Source: Candidatus Aminicenantes bacterium
GTDB lineage: Bacteria > Acidobacteriota > Aminicenantia > Aminicenantales > JAFGBC01
Direction of reading: 5' to 3'
DNA length: 64,000 bases
Assembly (NCBI GenBank): GCA_963702005.1
Contig: OY969696.1
Coordinates: 2,944,001 to 3,008,000 of the forward strand
The stretch's first letter is position 1; each line of letters starts with the position of its first letter. This document shows positions 1 through 9,345 of the stretch, one piece after another. Both the position numbers and the translations under genes were made by a program. The notes beneath the pieces were generated by a model. It saw only the letters and a list, made by a program, of their open reading frames with translations, did no database searches and was not told the origin of the DNA.

Positions 1-1
1 G

Positions 2-970
2 GACCAGGGCCCCGGTTTCTACAGCGTCGGACTGACGCTCGGGAACGGCGAGGTAACGCTCCTCGAGCTGGCGCGCGCCTACGCGGCCCTGGCTCGCGGC
101 GGGCGGTACCGGGGAGAGCGCGGCGTCCTCGCCCTCCTCGACCGGACCGGCCGTTCCTTCTCCGAATCGCGGCCGGAACGCCCGGTTTCCGTCCTGGCGT
201 CCTTGCCCGTTTTTATCATCACGCACATCCTCTCCGACCATGACGCCCGCGTCCCGGCCTTCGGCCGCCGTTCCCCCCTCAATCTTCCTTTTCCGGCCGC
301 CGTCAAGACCGGGACCTCGAAGGACTTCCGTGACAACTGGGCGGTCGGCTATACGCCTTCGTTCACGGTCGGCGTCTGGGTCGGAAATTTCGACGGCAGC
401 CCCATGCACGGGGTGTCGGGCGTCGCGGGCTGCGGGCCGCTCTTCCGCGACATCATGCTCCTCCTCCATGCCGCGGAACCGGCGCCCGTCTTCGCGGAGC
501 CTGCCGGACTCGTCCGTAAAAGGATCTGTCCGGTCTCGGGCGAGCTCCCCACCGCGGCCTGTCCCGGGACCATGGAAGAGATCTTCATCGAAGGAACCGA
601 GCCGCATCGGCTCTGTTCCGCGCACGGTGGCGCCTCATTCAGAGTGAGAGCCGATGCCGCGTCCCCATCCGTTCCGGCCGGAAGCGTCGCCGACCTCAGG
701 GTCGTATTCCCCCAGGACGGCGACATCTTCAAGCTCGACCCCGTCCTCAAGCGGGATTACCAGACCGTCACGGTCCGGGCCGGCAGCCCGTCGGCTGCGG
801 CGCTGAGCGAGGTCGAATGGTGGATCAACGGCCGGCGCGCCGCTCGGACCGGGACGGCCCTCTCCTTTTTCTGGAATCTGCGGCCCGGTTCATATACAAT
901 TAAGGTCACGGCCAGCGACGGAGGCCGCAGGCTGGAGAGCCGCCCGGTCAAGGTCCAAGTCGTTGTCTGA
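2..970 (+). CDS. pbpC: Penicillin-binding protein 1C, C-terminal part (5' truncated by window edge)
   Basis: Frame is open from position 2 ([17 protein letters not shown]); KTGTS transpeptidase motif, RDNWAVGY, and a C-terminal PBP1C-type beta domain. Confidence 0.85.
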   Translation, partial: DQGPGFYSVGLTLGNGEVTLLELARAYAALARGGRYRGERGVLALLDRTGRSFSESRPERPVSVLASLPVFIITHILSDHDARVPAFGRRSPLNLPFPAAVKTGTSKDFRDNWAVGYTPSFTVGVWVGNFDGSPMHGVSGVAGCGPLFRDIMLLLHAAEPAPVFAEPAGLVRKRICPVSGELPTAACPGTMEEIFIEGTEPHRLCSAHGGASFRVRADAASPSVPAGSVADLRVVFPQDGDIFKLDPVLKRDYQTVTVRAGSPSAAALSEVEWWINGRRAARTGTALSFFWNLRPGSYTIKVTASDGGRRLESRPVKVQVVV

Positions 971-1076
971 GCGTCAAGGAGCGCGCGCCATGAAGCGGAG
1001 AAAGGCATTGGCCTTCCTGAGCGGCCTCGCCATTCTTAAGACAAAGCTCCTGGCCCGTTCCGCAAGGAGTAATCCG

Positions 1077-1454
1077 ATGCAAGAAGAGATCAAGACCGAC
1101 AAAGCGCCCAAGGCCATCGGCCCCTATTCACAGGCCATCGTCGCCAACGGATTCGTTTTCGCCTCGGGGCAGATACCGATCGACCCGGCCACGGGCGAGC
1201 TCAACACGGGCACGATCGAGGACCAGACCCGACGCGTCATCAAGAACCTGACGGCCGTCCTCGAGGCGGCCGGGACGTCCCTCCACAAGGTCGTCAAGGC
1301 GACCGTCTTCCTCCAGGACATGAACGACTTCACCAGGATGAATGCCGTCTACGGCGAATTCTTCAAGCCCCCCTACCCGGCCCGGGCCGCCGTCCAGGTC
1401 GCCCGACTTCCCAAGGACGTCAAGGTCGAGATCGAGGCCGTCGCGGTCAAGTAA
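1077..1454 (+). CDS. ridA: RidA family enamine/imine deaminase
   Basis: [35 protein letters not shown] motifs; AAGGAG before ATG 1077; alternative in-frame ATG at 990. Confidence 0.9.
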   Translation: MQEEIKTDKAPKAIGPYSQAIVANGFVFASGQIPIDPATGELNTGTIEDQTRRVIKNLTAVLEAAGTSLHKVVKATVFLQDMNDFTRMNAVYGEFFKPPYPARAAVQVARLPKDVKVEIEAVAVK

Positions 1455-1678
1455 TGCCCCTCTACGAATTCCTCTGCCGCGCCTGCGGGAGGCGCTTCGA
1501 GCGCTTGGTCCGGATCGGCCGGGAGGGCGAGGTCCGCTGCGCGGCCTGCGGCTGTCCCGACATCCAAAAACTCTTTTCCACGTTTGGGATCCACGGAGCC
1601 GAGAAGGCCGTCTCTTTATCGTCCTCGGCCAAGGGCTGCGCGACCTGCTCCTCGAAGTCCTGCAGCACCTGCCATTAG
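1454..1678 (+). CDS. FmdB family zinc-ribbon protein
   Basis: [11 protein letters not shown]...CxxC pattern and Cys-rich tail; TAATG coupling to ridA. Confidence 0.85.
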   Translation: MPLYEFLCRACGRRFERLVRIGREGEVRCAACGCPDIQKLFSTFGIHGAEKAVSLSSSAKGCATCSSKSCSTCH

Positions 1679-1693
1679 GGCCCGGGCTCGGGG

Positions 1694-3691
1694 ATGCGGA
1701 CCGTAAGGATCGGCGTCGACACCGGGGGGACCTTTACCGATTTCGCCATAGACAGGGACGGCCGCCTCGCCGTCAAGAAGCTTCCGTCCACTCCCCGAAA
1801 CCCGTCGCTGGCCATCCTGGAGGGCATTCGCGAATTTCTGGAGGGGGATGCTCCGGTCGAGATCATCCACGGCACGACCGTGGCCACCAACGCCCTCCTC
1901 GAGCGCAAGGGCGGCCGGATCGCCCTGGTCACGACGCGAGGGTTCGAGGACATCCTGGCTATCGGCCGCCAGGTCCGCAAGCGCCTCTACAGCCTGAGGG
2001 GCGAGGATCGCCGGCCCCTCCTCCCCCGCTCTCTCTGTCTAGGCCTGGCGGAGCGGACGGCGCCGACGGGCGCCGTGGAGAAGAGGCCCGAGCGCCGAGA
2101 GCTTGATCGCATCGCGAAAAAACTCAAGGCGGCCGGGGTCGAAGCCGTCGCCCTTTCTTTCCTTCATTCCTATGCGAACCCGGCCAACGAGAAAGCCGCC
2201 GCCGCCGTACTCGAAGGCCGCGGGCTGCTTCTCTCCGTCTCGAGCCGGCTCCTCCCCGAGCACCGCGAGTACGAGCGGACAGCCGCCACGGCCGTCAATG
2301 CCTACCTGATGCCCGTCCTCGACAGATACCTCGCCTCGCTCGAGACCGGAACGAGGGGGGCGAACCTCCGCATCATGCAGTCCAACGAGGGCACGATCTC
2401 GACGGCCAAGGCCCGGCGCGAGCCGATCAGGACGGCCTTGTCCGGACCCGCCGGAGGCGTCGTAGCCGCCGCGGCGATCGGCCGAAGCGCCGGGATACCC
2501 GACCTCGTCAGCTTCGATATGGGCGGGACATCGACCGACGTCTCTCTCATCGACGGCCGGATCCGCCGGACCCAGGAAAACACCGTCGGCGATTTCCCCG
2601 TCCGCATCCCGATGATCGATATCCACACCGTGGGCGCCGGCGGGGGGTCCATCGCCTCCCTCGACGGCGGCGGCTCGCTCCGGGTCGGCCCGGAGAGCGC
2701 CGGCGCGGACCCCGGCCCGGCCTGCTACGGCCGGGGCGACCTTCCGACCGTCACGGACGCCAACCTCGTCTGCGGCCGCCTCGACCCGGACTTCTTTCTG
2801 GGCGGCGCGATGAGGATCGATTCCGAGCGGAGCCGCCGCGCCGTCGCCCGGCTCGCCCGACGGATGGAAAAAACCCTGATCGAGACGGCCCTGGGGATCA
2901 TCGACATCGCCAACGCCAACATGGAAAAGGCCATCCGGGTCATCTCGATCGAGCGGGGGCACGACCCGCGCCGTTTCGCCCTGTTCTCCTTCGGCGGGGC
3001 GGGCGGGATGCACGCCGCCGAGATGGCCGCCCACCTTCGGATGCCGCGCGTCATCGTGCCCCGCCAGGCGGGAGTGCTGTCGGCGCAGGGCCTTCTTCTC
3101 GCGGACGCCATCAAGGACTATTCCCGGTCGCTGCTCGCCCCCCTCGCGGAGCTTCCCCGGCGCCGGATGAAGCGACTCCTCGACGAGCTCGAACGCAACG
3201 CCCTTGGAGATATGCGTGAGGACGGGTTTCGCGAGAGCGAGGTCCGCTTTTTTGTCTTCCTGGATATGCGCACCCTGGGCCAATCCTATGAGATCACCGT
3301 CCCCTGGCGGCCGGACGCCTGGGACGCCGCGCGGATCGCGGAGGATTTCAGGAACGAGCATCGCCGCCTCTACTCCTATGACCACCCCTCAAAGGACGTC
3401 GAGGTCGTGGCGCTCCGTCTCAAGGCCGTCGTCCCCAGCCCCCGGCCCCGCTGGAGACGCGAGCCCGAGGGTCCCGCCTCGTCGAAACGGGCGCTGCGCA
3501 AGCGGCAGCCCATCGTCCACGGAAAACGTTCCTGGGACGGCGCGGTCTACAGCCGCGGCCTCCTCCGTTCCGGAAACCGGGTCGACGGTCCGGCCCTGGT
3601 CATCGACCCCGAGTCGACCAGTTTCATCCCGCCCGGCTACCGGGGCCGGGTCGACGGCCTGGGGAATCTCGTCATCGACAAAGGATTTTAG
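1694..3691 (+). CDS. Hydantoinase A / 5-oxoprolinase family subunit
   Basis: GVDTGGTFTD, HGTTVATNALLERKG, DMGGTSTD, GAGGGSIA, SAGADPGPACYG motifs. Confidence 0.92.
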   Translation: MRTVRIGVDTGGTFTDFAIDRDGRLAVKKLPSTPRNPSLAILEGIREFLEGDAPVEIIHGTTVATNALLERKGGRIALVTTRGFEDILAIGRQVRKRLYSLRGEDRRPLLPRSLCLGLAERTAPTGAVEKRPERRELDRIAKKLKAAGVEAVALSFLHSYANPANEKAAAAVLEGRGLLLSVSSRLLPEHREYERTAATAVNAYLMPVLDRYLASLETGTRGANLRIMQSNEGTISTAKARREPIRTALSGPAGGVVAAAAIGRSAGIPDLVSFDMGGTSTDVSLIDGRIRRTQENTVGDFPVRIPMIDIHTVGAGGGSIASLDGGGSLRVGPESAGADPGPACYGRGDLPTVTDANLVCGRLDPDFFLGGAMRIDSERSRRAVARLARRMEKTLIETALGIIDIANANMEKAIRVISIERGHDPRRFALFSFGGAGGMHAAEMAAHLRMPRVIVPRQAGVLSAQGLLLADAIKDYSRSLLAPLAELPRRRMKRLLDELERNALGDMREDGFRESEVRFFVFLDMRTLGQSYEITVPWRPDAWDAARIAEDFRNEHRRLYSYDHPSKDVEVVALRLKAVVPSPRPRWRREPEGPASSKRALRKRQPIVHGKRSWDGAVYSRGLLRSGNRVDGPALVIDPESTSFIPPGYRGRVDGLGNLVIDKGF

Positions 3692-3695
3692 CGGC

Positions 3696-5261
3696 ATGGA
3701 ACGGATCGATCCGATCGAGCTCGAGCTCTTCAAGAACATTTTCGTGTCGATCTCGGAAGAGATGGCCGCCGTCCTGGGCCGAACGGCCCTCTCGCCCAAC
3801 ATCAAGGAACGCAAGGATTTCTCCTGCGCCCTGTTCGACGAACGGGGCGAGACCTTCGCCCAGGGGTCCCACATCCCGGTCCATCTGGGGGCGATGCCGC
3901 TTTCGGTCCAGGCGGCGCTCAAGGCCGCCCGGTTCGAGGAGGGCGACCTCGTCGTCCTCAACGATCCCTACCGGGGCGGGACTCATCTTCCCGACATCAC
4001 CTGCGTTTCCCCCGTGTTCGTGGCCGGCCGGCCCCGCTTCTTCGTCGCTAACCGCGCCCATCATTCCGACGTGGGGGGGATGACCCCAGGCTCGATGCCC
4101 CTCGCCGTCGAAATATTCCAGGAGGGCCTGATCATCCCGCCCCTCAAGCTCGTCAAACGGGGCCGGGTCGACGAGGACGTCCTCGGCCTCATCCTCGCCA
4201 ACGTCCGGACGCCCGAGGAGCGCAGGGGGGACCTCCTGGCCCAGATGGCGGCCAACGAGAAGGGAAAACGGCGCGTCGAGGAGACGGTCGTCAAGTATGG
4301 ACTGGCCAAGCTCCGCCGCACGACCGGCCTCATCAGAACATACACCGAGCGCGTTCTGCGCAAAACGCTCCGCGGGATCCCGGAGGGCACCTATACGTTC
4401 AGGGACCGCCTCGACGACGACGGGGTCGGGGGGCGGCCGATCGCCATCCGGGTCGCCGTCACGATCCGCGGAGGCCGCGCCATCGTCGATTTCACGGGGT
4501 CCTCGCCGCAGGTCACGGGGGGCGTCAACGCAAACTTCGCCGTCACGATGTCGGCGGTCCTCTACGTCTTCCGATCGCTGGTCGAGGAGGACATTCCCTT
4601 CAACACCGGACTGATGAGTCCGCTCCGCATCAAGGCCCCGCTCGGCTCGGTCGTCAACGCCGTCTTTCCGGCGGCCACGGCCGGCGGGAACGTCGAGACT
4701 TCGCAGCGGATCGTGGACGTCCTGCTGGGCGCCCTGGCCAAGGCCGTCCCGGACCGCATCCCGGCCGCCAGCTCGGGGACCATGAACAATGTCGCCTTCG
4801 GCGGCCGCGACCCGATTCGGGGAACGCCTTTCGCCTACTATGAGACGATCGGCGGCGGGATGGGGGCGAGCGTCGAGCGGGACGGCCTGGACGGAGTTCA
4901 CACTCATATGACGAACTCCCTCAACACGCCGATCGAGGCCCTCGAGGCTTATCTCCCGATCCGCATCCGCCGTTACGGACTGCGCCGGGGCTCGGGCGGC
5001 CGCGGACGACGGCGGGGCGGCGAGGGGATCGTCCGCGAATACGAATTCCTCGTCCCCTGCCGGGTGACGATCCTCTCGGACCGGAGGCGCTTTCGGCCCT
5101 ACGGCCTCCGGGGCGGGACGCCGGGGGCGCCGGGCCGGAATACGCTCATTTCGGGCGGCCGGGCCATTCCACTTCGGTCCAAGACCAACATCCAGGTCAA
5201 AGCCGGCGACCTCCTCCGGATCGAAACGCCGGGAGGGGGAGGCCTCGGGCGTCCGGGTTGA
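3696..5261 (+). CDS. Hydantoinase B / 5-oxoprolinase family subunit
   Basis: SPNIKERKDFSC, HIPVHLG, NDPYRGGTHLPD, TPGGGG motifs; ATG 3696 just after the A-subunit stop. Confidence 0.92.
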   Translation: MERIDPIELELFKNIFVSISEEMAAVLGRTALSPNIKERKDFSCALFDERGETFAQGSHIPVHLGAMPLSVQAALKAARFEEGDLVVLNDPYRGGTHLPDITCVSPVFVAGRPRFFVANRAHHSDVGGMTPGSMPLAVEIFQEGLIIPPLKLVKRGRVDEDVLGLILANVRTPEERRGDLLAQMAANEKGKRRVEETVVKYGLAKLRRTTGLIRTYTERVLRKTLRGIPEGTYTFRDRLDDDGVGGRPIAIRVAVTIRGGRAIVDFTGSSPQVTGGVNANFAVTMSAVLYVFRSLVEEDIPFNTGLMSPLRIKAPLGSVVNAVFPAATAGGNVETSQRIVDVLLGALAKAVPDRIPAASSGTMNNVAFGGRDPIRGTPFAYYETIGGGMGASVERDGLDGVHTHMTNSLNTPIEALEAYLPIRIRRYGLRRGSGGRGRRRGGEGIVREYEFLVPCRVTILSDRRRFRPYGLRGGTPGAPGRNTLISGGRAIPLRSKTNIQVKAGDLLRIETPGGGGLGRPG

Positions 5262-5332
5262 CCCGTTCGCCGAGGCTCAGGGTTACCCCTATACAAGCCC
5301 CCGCCTGATGGCCGGGGTGTCGAGGGGTTGAC
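5258..5332 (+). repeat. TTGAC-bounded modular repeat, copy 1 (75 bp)
   Basis: TTGACCCGTTCGCCGA...GTGTCGAGGGGTTGAC; same ends as the other five copies. Confidence 0.9.
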
Positions 5333-5357
5333 ATTCAGGCGGCTTTAAAAATAATAT
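5328..5357 (+). promoter_or_regulatory. sigma70-type promoter whose -35 lies in the repeat end
   Basis: TTGACA-N18-TAATAT upstream of ATG 5410. Confidence 0.6.
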
Positions 5358-5409
5358 AGCTATCACGGAGGATTCTTTCCTTCGGGGAATTTGATCAAGA
5401 GGAGGAGGA

Positions 5410-6405
5410 ATGAAAAAAATTCTATATGTCTTTCTGGCCGTCCTCGTTCTTTGCGCGGTCGCCAGCGCTTCCGATGTCATCCTGATCAAGGTCAAAGTTC
5501 AATTGGCCAACGTCCGCACCGAGCCCAACCTCAACGCCCCGGTCGTGACGCAACTCAAGGCCGGGACGCTGCTCGAAGCGAGCGCCAAGAAGGGCGATTT
5601 CTACGAGATCGCGGTCGCCGACGAAAGCGGCAAGATTCTCTCGGGCTACATCCACGCCAACACCGTCGAGGTCGTTCAACAGGCCGCCGAGGAACAGGTC
5701 CAGGAACAACCCGAAGCCGTCCAGGAACAGGCCGTCGAAAAGGAGGCGGCCGAGCAAGAAGCCCCTGAAAAAGAAGCGGCCGAGGAGGCTCCCAAGCCCG
5801 AGGCCGCCGCGGCCGGTTACGAGACCTCTCCTTCAGGGACCGGAATCGGGTTGATGGCCGGCTATGCCATGCCCTCCGGATACGGCGGAGGCCTCGCCTA
5901 CGGAGGAAACTTCACTTTCATGTTCTCGTCCAACTTCGGGATCGAAATCGCGGGCCTGCGCTTTCAAAGCACGGTCGACGAGCCGGCCGAGGCGGACCGG
6001 GAAACGGCTTTGAGTAAGGGGAAACTCAGCGTTATGCCCGTCCAGCTCAGCCTGATCGCCCGCTTCCCGCTCGGTCCTAAGATGATGCCCTATGTCCTGG
6101 CCGGAGGCGGTTATTTCCTCAACAGCTATACCCTCGACTCCGGCGTCAAAAACGATTGGGAGGGCCTGGGGTTTGTCATCAGCGAAAAGGTCGAAAACAG
6201 CGTCGGCTTCCACTTCGGCGCCGGCCTGGACTACTTTTTCACCCCCAAGCTGGCCCTGAGCGCCGTGGTCAAATACTGCATGTCGACCTTCAAGGGAAGC
6301 TGGAGCCTGAAAGAGACCGTCAGCGCGACCGAGGCCAGCGGCGATTTGAAAGACCTGAAGCTGAAGCCGTTCATCTTCGGACTCGGCCTCAAGTATTTCT
6401 TTTGA
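5410..6405 (+). CDS. SH3-domain outer-membrane beta-barrel protein
   Basis: Signal peptide, SH3b-like ANVRTEP...GYIH, acidic linker, amphipathic strands ending GLGLKYFF; strong RBS. Confidence 0.75.
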   Translation: MKKILYVFLAVLVLCAVASASDVILIKVKVQLANVRTEPNLNAPVVTQLKAGTLLEASAKKGDFYEIAVADESGKILSGYIHANTVEVVQQAAEEQVQEQPEAVQEQAVEKEAAEQEAPEKEAAEEAPKPEAAAAGYETSPSGTGIGLMAGYAMPSGYGGGLAYGGNFTFMFSSNFGIEIAGLRFQSTVDEPAEADRETALSKGKLSVMPVQLSLIARFPLGPKMMPYVLAGGGYFLNSYTLDSGVKNDWEGLGFVISEKVENSVGFHFGAGLDYFFTPKLALSAVVKYCMSTFKGSWSLKETVSATEASGDLKDLKLKPFIFGLGLKYFF

Positions 6406-6425
6406 GATTAAAAGGAGCAATTCCC

Positions 6426-8129
6426 ATGACGAACATCATCAAAAGAAATAAGCGGGTTCTCTTGGTTGTTATCGCCTGCGCGGCGGCCCTGACGGCGTTC
6501 CTCCCCTTGAAAGCCCGGGTCCAGGACGGCTGGCGGATTGCCAACCTTCCGCCCCTGGCCGACAACGCCGCGCCGGTCCATCCCAAGCTGGACGGCGCGC
6601 TGAACCGGGTCTACAACCTCTACTTGACCAAAGGCCTGTCCGGCGCCAAGGACTTCATCGGCCAGAGACGCATGATCGATATGGAAGGGGACCTCATCCG
6701 CGCCGTCGCCGTCGGACGGAGGCACGATCCGATAGCCGGCGAGTTCTTAACGACCCGGCTCCAAGCCGGCATCCTTCGCCTGGGCGGGCGCGTCGAAACA
6801 TCGTACCGGGAGCTCGTCCAGTGTTTGGTCCCGATCAACGGCTTGGCCGCGATCGCCGACCTCCCCGACATTGAGCTCCTCAGGCTCCCCCTCAAACCCA
6901 GGCCGCTGGCGGTGACCGTGACCAGCGAGGGCGTTGCCAAGACGGGCGCCGACACATGGCAGTCGGTCAATCCCTACCGGACCTCGGGAGAGGTCAAGGT
7001 CTGCATCCTTGATATAGGCTTCGACGGCTACCAGAGCCGTATCAGCGAAGGCGAGCTCCCCAGCGACGTCACCGTCCACTCGTTCCGTTCGGACGGCAAG
7101 ATCGAGAGCGGGACCGTCCATGGAGCGGCCTGCGCCGAGATCGTCCATGACATGGCCCCCGACGCCAAGCTCTACCTCGTCAACTTCAACACCGAAGTTG
7201 AGCACCACAATGCCGTCGACTGGCTCATCAACGAAGCCAAGGTCAACGTCATCTCCTACTCGGTCGGCTGGACGAACGCCGGAGACGGGAAAGGGACCGG
7301 CCCGATCAATGAAGATGTCAAGAAGGCGTCCCAGGCCGGGATCATCTGGGTAGGCGCATCCGGGAACTACGCTCTGGACCATTGGGAAGGAACCTTCAAG
7401 GACGGCGACCACGACAACTTGCACAACTTCTCCGGCGCCGACGAGATCCTCGACTGGTACGTCCCGGCCCTCTATTATGTGGCCGCCTGGCTGAGCTGGG
7501 ACGACTTCGGGACCTGGGACGGGACGAACTACTCAGGCTCCAACCAGGACTACGACCTCTACCTTTACATCTGGACCGGTTCGAGCTGGAAGTACGTCGA
7601 CAAATCCGTCAACGTCCAGAACGGGGGCGACTGGCCGACCGAATCCGTCGGCTATTGGTACAGCTACTCGTCGACCCGCTGGGGGATCGCCATCAAGAAA
7701 AAGAGCGCGACCCGGGCCTGCAAGTTCGACCTGTTCACGATGGGGAACACCAAGGCCATCGAATACAACGTCCCCGGGGGGAGCCTGAGCAGCCCGGCCG
7801 ATTCGGCCGAGTGCGTTACGGTCGGCGCCACGGACTTTAGTGACGACTCTTACGCAACTTATAGCTCGCGCGGTCCGACCAACGATAACAGGATCAAGCC
7901 GGATTTCTGCGCTCCGACAAGGGTATCGACCGCGTCCTATGGGACCGAGGCTTTCAGCGGAACATCGTCCTCGACGCCCCACGTCGCGGGGGCCTTCGCC
8001 CTGCTCAAGGGGAAGCTCCCCTACAGCCTCAGCCAGATCAACACCATCCTCCAGGGGCGCGCCCTGGACCTGGGGACGGCGGGCAAGGACAATCAGTTCG
8101 GGATCGGACGGCTCAAGCTGACGAAGTAG
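6426..8129 (+). CDS. Secreted S8 (subtilisin-like) serine peptidase
   Basis: Catalytic triad contexts ILDIG, HGAACA, GTSSSTPHVAG; signal peptide; AAAGGAG RBS. Confidence 0.88.
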   Translation: MTNIIKRNKRVLLVVIACAAALTAFLPLKARVQDGWRIANLPPLADNAAPVHPKLDGALNRVYNLYLTKGLSGAKDFIGQRRMIDMEGDLIRAVAVGRRHDPIAGEFLTTRLQAGILRLGGRVETSYRELVQCLVPINGLAAIADLPDIELLRLPLKPRPLAVTVTSEGVAKTGADTWQSVNPYRTSGEVKVCILDIGFDGYQSRISEGELPSDVTVHSFRSDGKIESGTVHGAACAEIVHDMAPDAKLYLVNFNTEVEHHNAVDWLINEAKVNVISYSVGWTNAGDGKGTGPINEDVKKASQAGIIWVGASGNYALDHWEGTFKDGDHDNLHNFSGADEILDWYVPALYYVAAWLSWDDFGTWDGTNYSGSNQDYDLYLYIWTGSSWKYVDKSVNVQNGGDWPTESVGYWYSYSSTRWGIAIKKKSATRACKFDLFTMGNTKAIEYNVPGGSLSSPADSAECVTVGATDFSDDSYATYSSRGPTNDNRIKPDFCAPTRVSTASYGTEAFSGTSSSTPHVAGAFALLKGKLPYSLSQINTILQGRALDLGTAGKDNQFGIGRLKLTK

Positions 8130-8135
8130 GGCGGG

Positions 8136-9005
8136 TCAGAAGGATAAGCGGAGGCCGGTCCGGATAAAGAATCCCGAGAGGTCGATCCGGGCCGGCTTGA
8201 CGTTCGACGACCGGGCGGGGTGGGGTTCGGCGTCGGCCAGGGTCCAGAGCGGATAATTTTTGCCTTCGAGCGTGTAGTCATAGCGCCAGAGGGTTTTCGT
8301 TCCCGACTCGGAATAATCGCCGTTCAGACTCTCCGATCCCTTCAAGGTCCAGGGGCCGCACGGGCCGGAGAAGCGGGCCCAGCGGCCTCCCCCGTCGAGG
8401 ACGATCGAAAGGCCCTTGCCGAGCGCGAAATCGAGACCGAGGCGACCCTGGAGCCCGAGGCAGGTCCCGGATGCCCGCCAGGTCTCCGTCCCTTTGTCCG
8501 TGATCCAGAGGGAGCGGATCGTATAATCCCGCTCCCAGCGGAGCCTGGCAAAGTAGAGCGCGACGCCGCCGTCGGCGTGGGCGGACACGCGTCCCCAAAC
8601 CGGAAGGCGGTAGGCCGCCGTCAGCGTCAAAGGCACCGCGCTCAAGACGGGCCTGACATTTTCCGTGGACTGGACGATCCAGTAGTTGTAATCGATTCCG
8701 CTCGACTTTTGGGCCCGGAGGTAGCCGATGCCGAGGGCCAGGCTGAAACGGGGAGAAAGCTCCGCTTCGACCTCGGCCAGGATGTCGAATCCGGCGGCCG
8801 GGCGGCGCAAAGATCCGGCGACAAGGTCGGCTTCGGCTTTGAGGAGATCGTTCAAGCCCAGGAGCCCCCGGCTGAAATCGCCTCCGTTGACGGACAGCCA
8901 GCCGCCGGTCAGACGGACGCCCCAGCCGCGAATTCCGGCGGACGACGCCGTCGCCAGCAAGGCCAGACCGAGGCTCACGGAATAGATTCGTCTTCCTGCG
9001 TCCAT
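8136..9005 (-). CDS. Outer-membrane beta-barrel protein, unknown function
   Basis: Signal peptide, alternating strands, C-terminal GLRLSF; start moved to ATG 9005 (GGAGG RBS) because the longer ORF begins inside the repeat. Confidence 0.7.
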   Translation of the reverse strand: MDAGRRIYSVSLGLALLATASSAGIRGWGVRLTGGWLSVNGGDFSRGLLGLNDLLKAEADLVAGSLRRPAAGFDILAEVEAELSPRFSLALGIGYLRAQKSSGIDYNYWIVQSTENVRPVLSAVPLTLTAAYRLPVWGRVSAHADGGVALYFARLRWERDYTIRSLWITDKGTETWRASGTCLGLQGRLGLDFALGKGLSIVLDGGGRWARFSGPCGPWTLKGSESLNGDYSESGTKTLWRYDYTLEGKNYPLWTLADAEPHPARSSNVKPARIDLSGFFIRTGLRLSF

Positions 9006-9072
9006 CACGGCGTCCTCCCTGGATTTCCTCGTCTCGAGTCTCAGCCCTTTATAGCGGAAGGGAGGGGGGCGT

Positions 9073-9243
9073 GTCAAACCCTCGACACTCATACTAAGCC
9101 GTTTCCGGCTTAGTATGAGTGCTGCAAGGCTGGGCTTGGCCAGGGTTAACCCTGAGCCGCGCTTATCGTCCCCGCTTTGAAAGGCGGGGCTCCGATTTTA
9201 AGCCCCGCCTTTCAGGGCGGGGTAGCGTCGGCGAACGGGTCAA
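9073..9243 (-). repeat. TTGAC-bounded modular repeat, copy 2 (171 bp)
   Basis: GTCAAACCCTCGACAC...GCGTCGGCGAACGGGTCAA; 16-bp perfect stem 9086-9121; inverted hairpin doublet 9170-9222. Confidence 0.92.
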
Positions 9244-9290
9244 TCGGACCAGGCCGTCGGCCCCCCCGGGGGCGTTGAAGACCGTTCAGG

Positions 9291-9319
9291 TTGGCAGCCC
9301 CTCCCCTTTCTGATATAAT
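9291..9319 (+). promoter_or_regulatory. sigma70-type promoter
   Basis: TTGGCA-N17-TATAAT upstream of GTG 9346. Confidence 0.55.
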
Positions 9320-9345
9320 TTTTGGGGAGCGGGAAGGAAAGGAAC

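Noticed and set aside
8136-9092. N-terminal extensions and short ORFs starting in or crossing the repeats (9092, 29912, 9119-9313, 31726-32070)
   Set aside because: The shared peptides (MSVEGLT, TRSPTLPSLAV) are translations of the repeat; better starts with RBS lie outside it.
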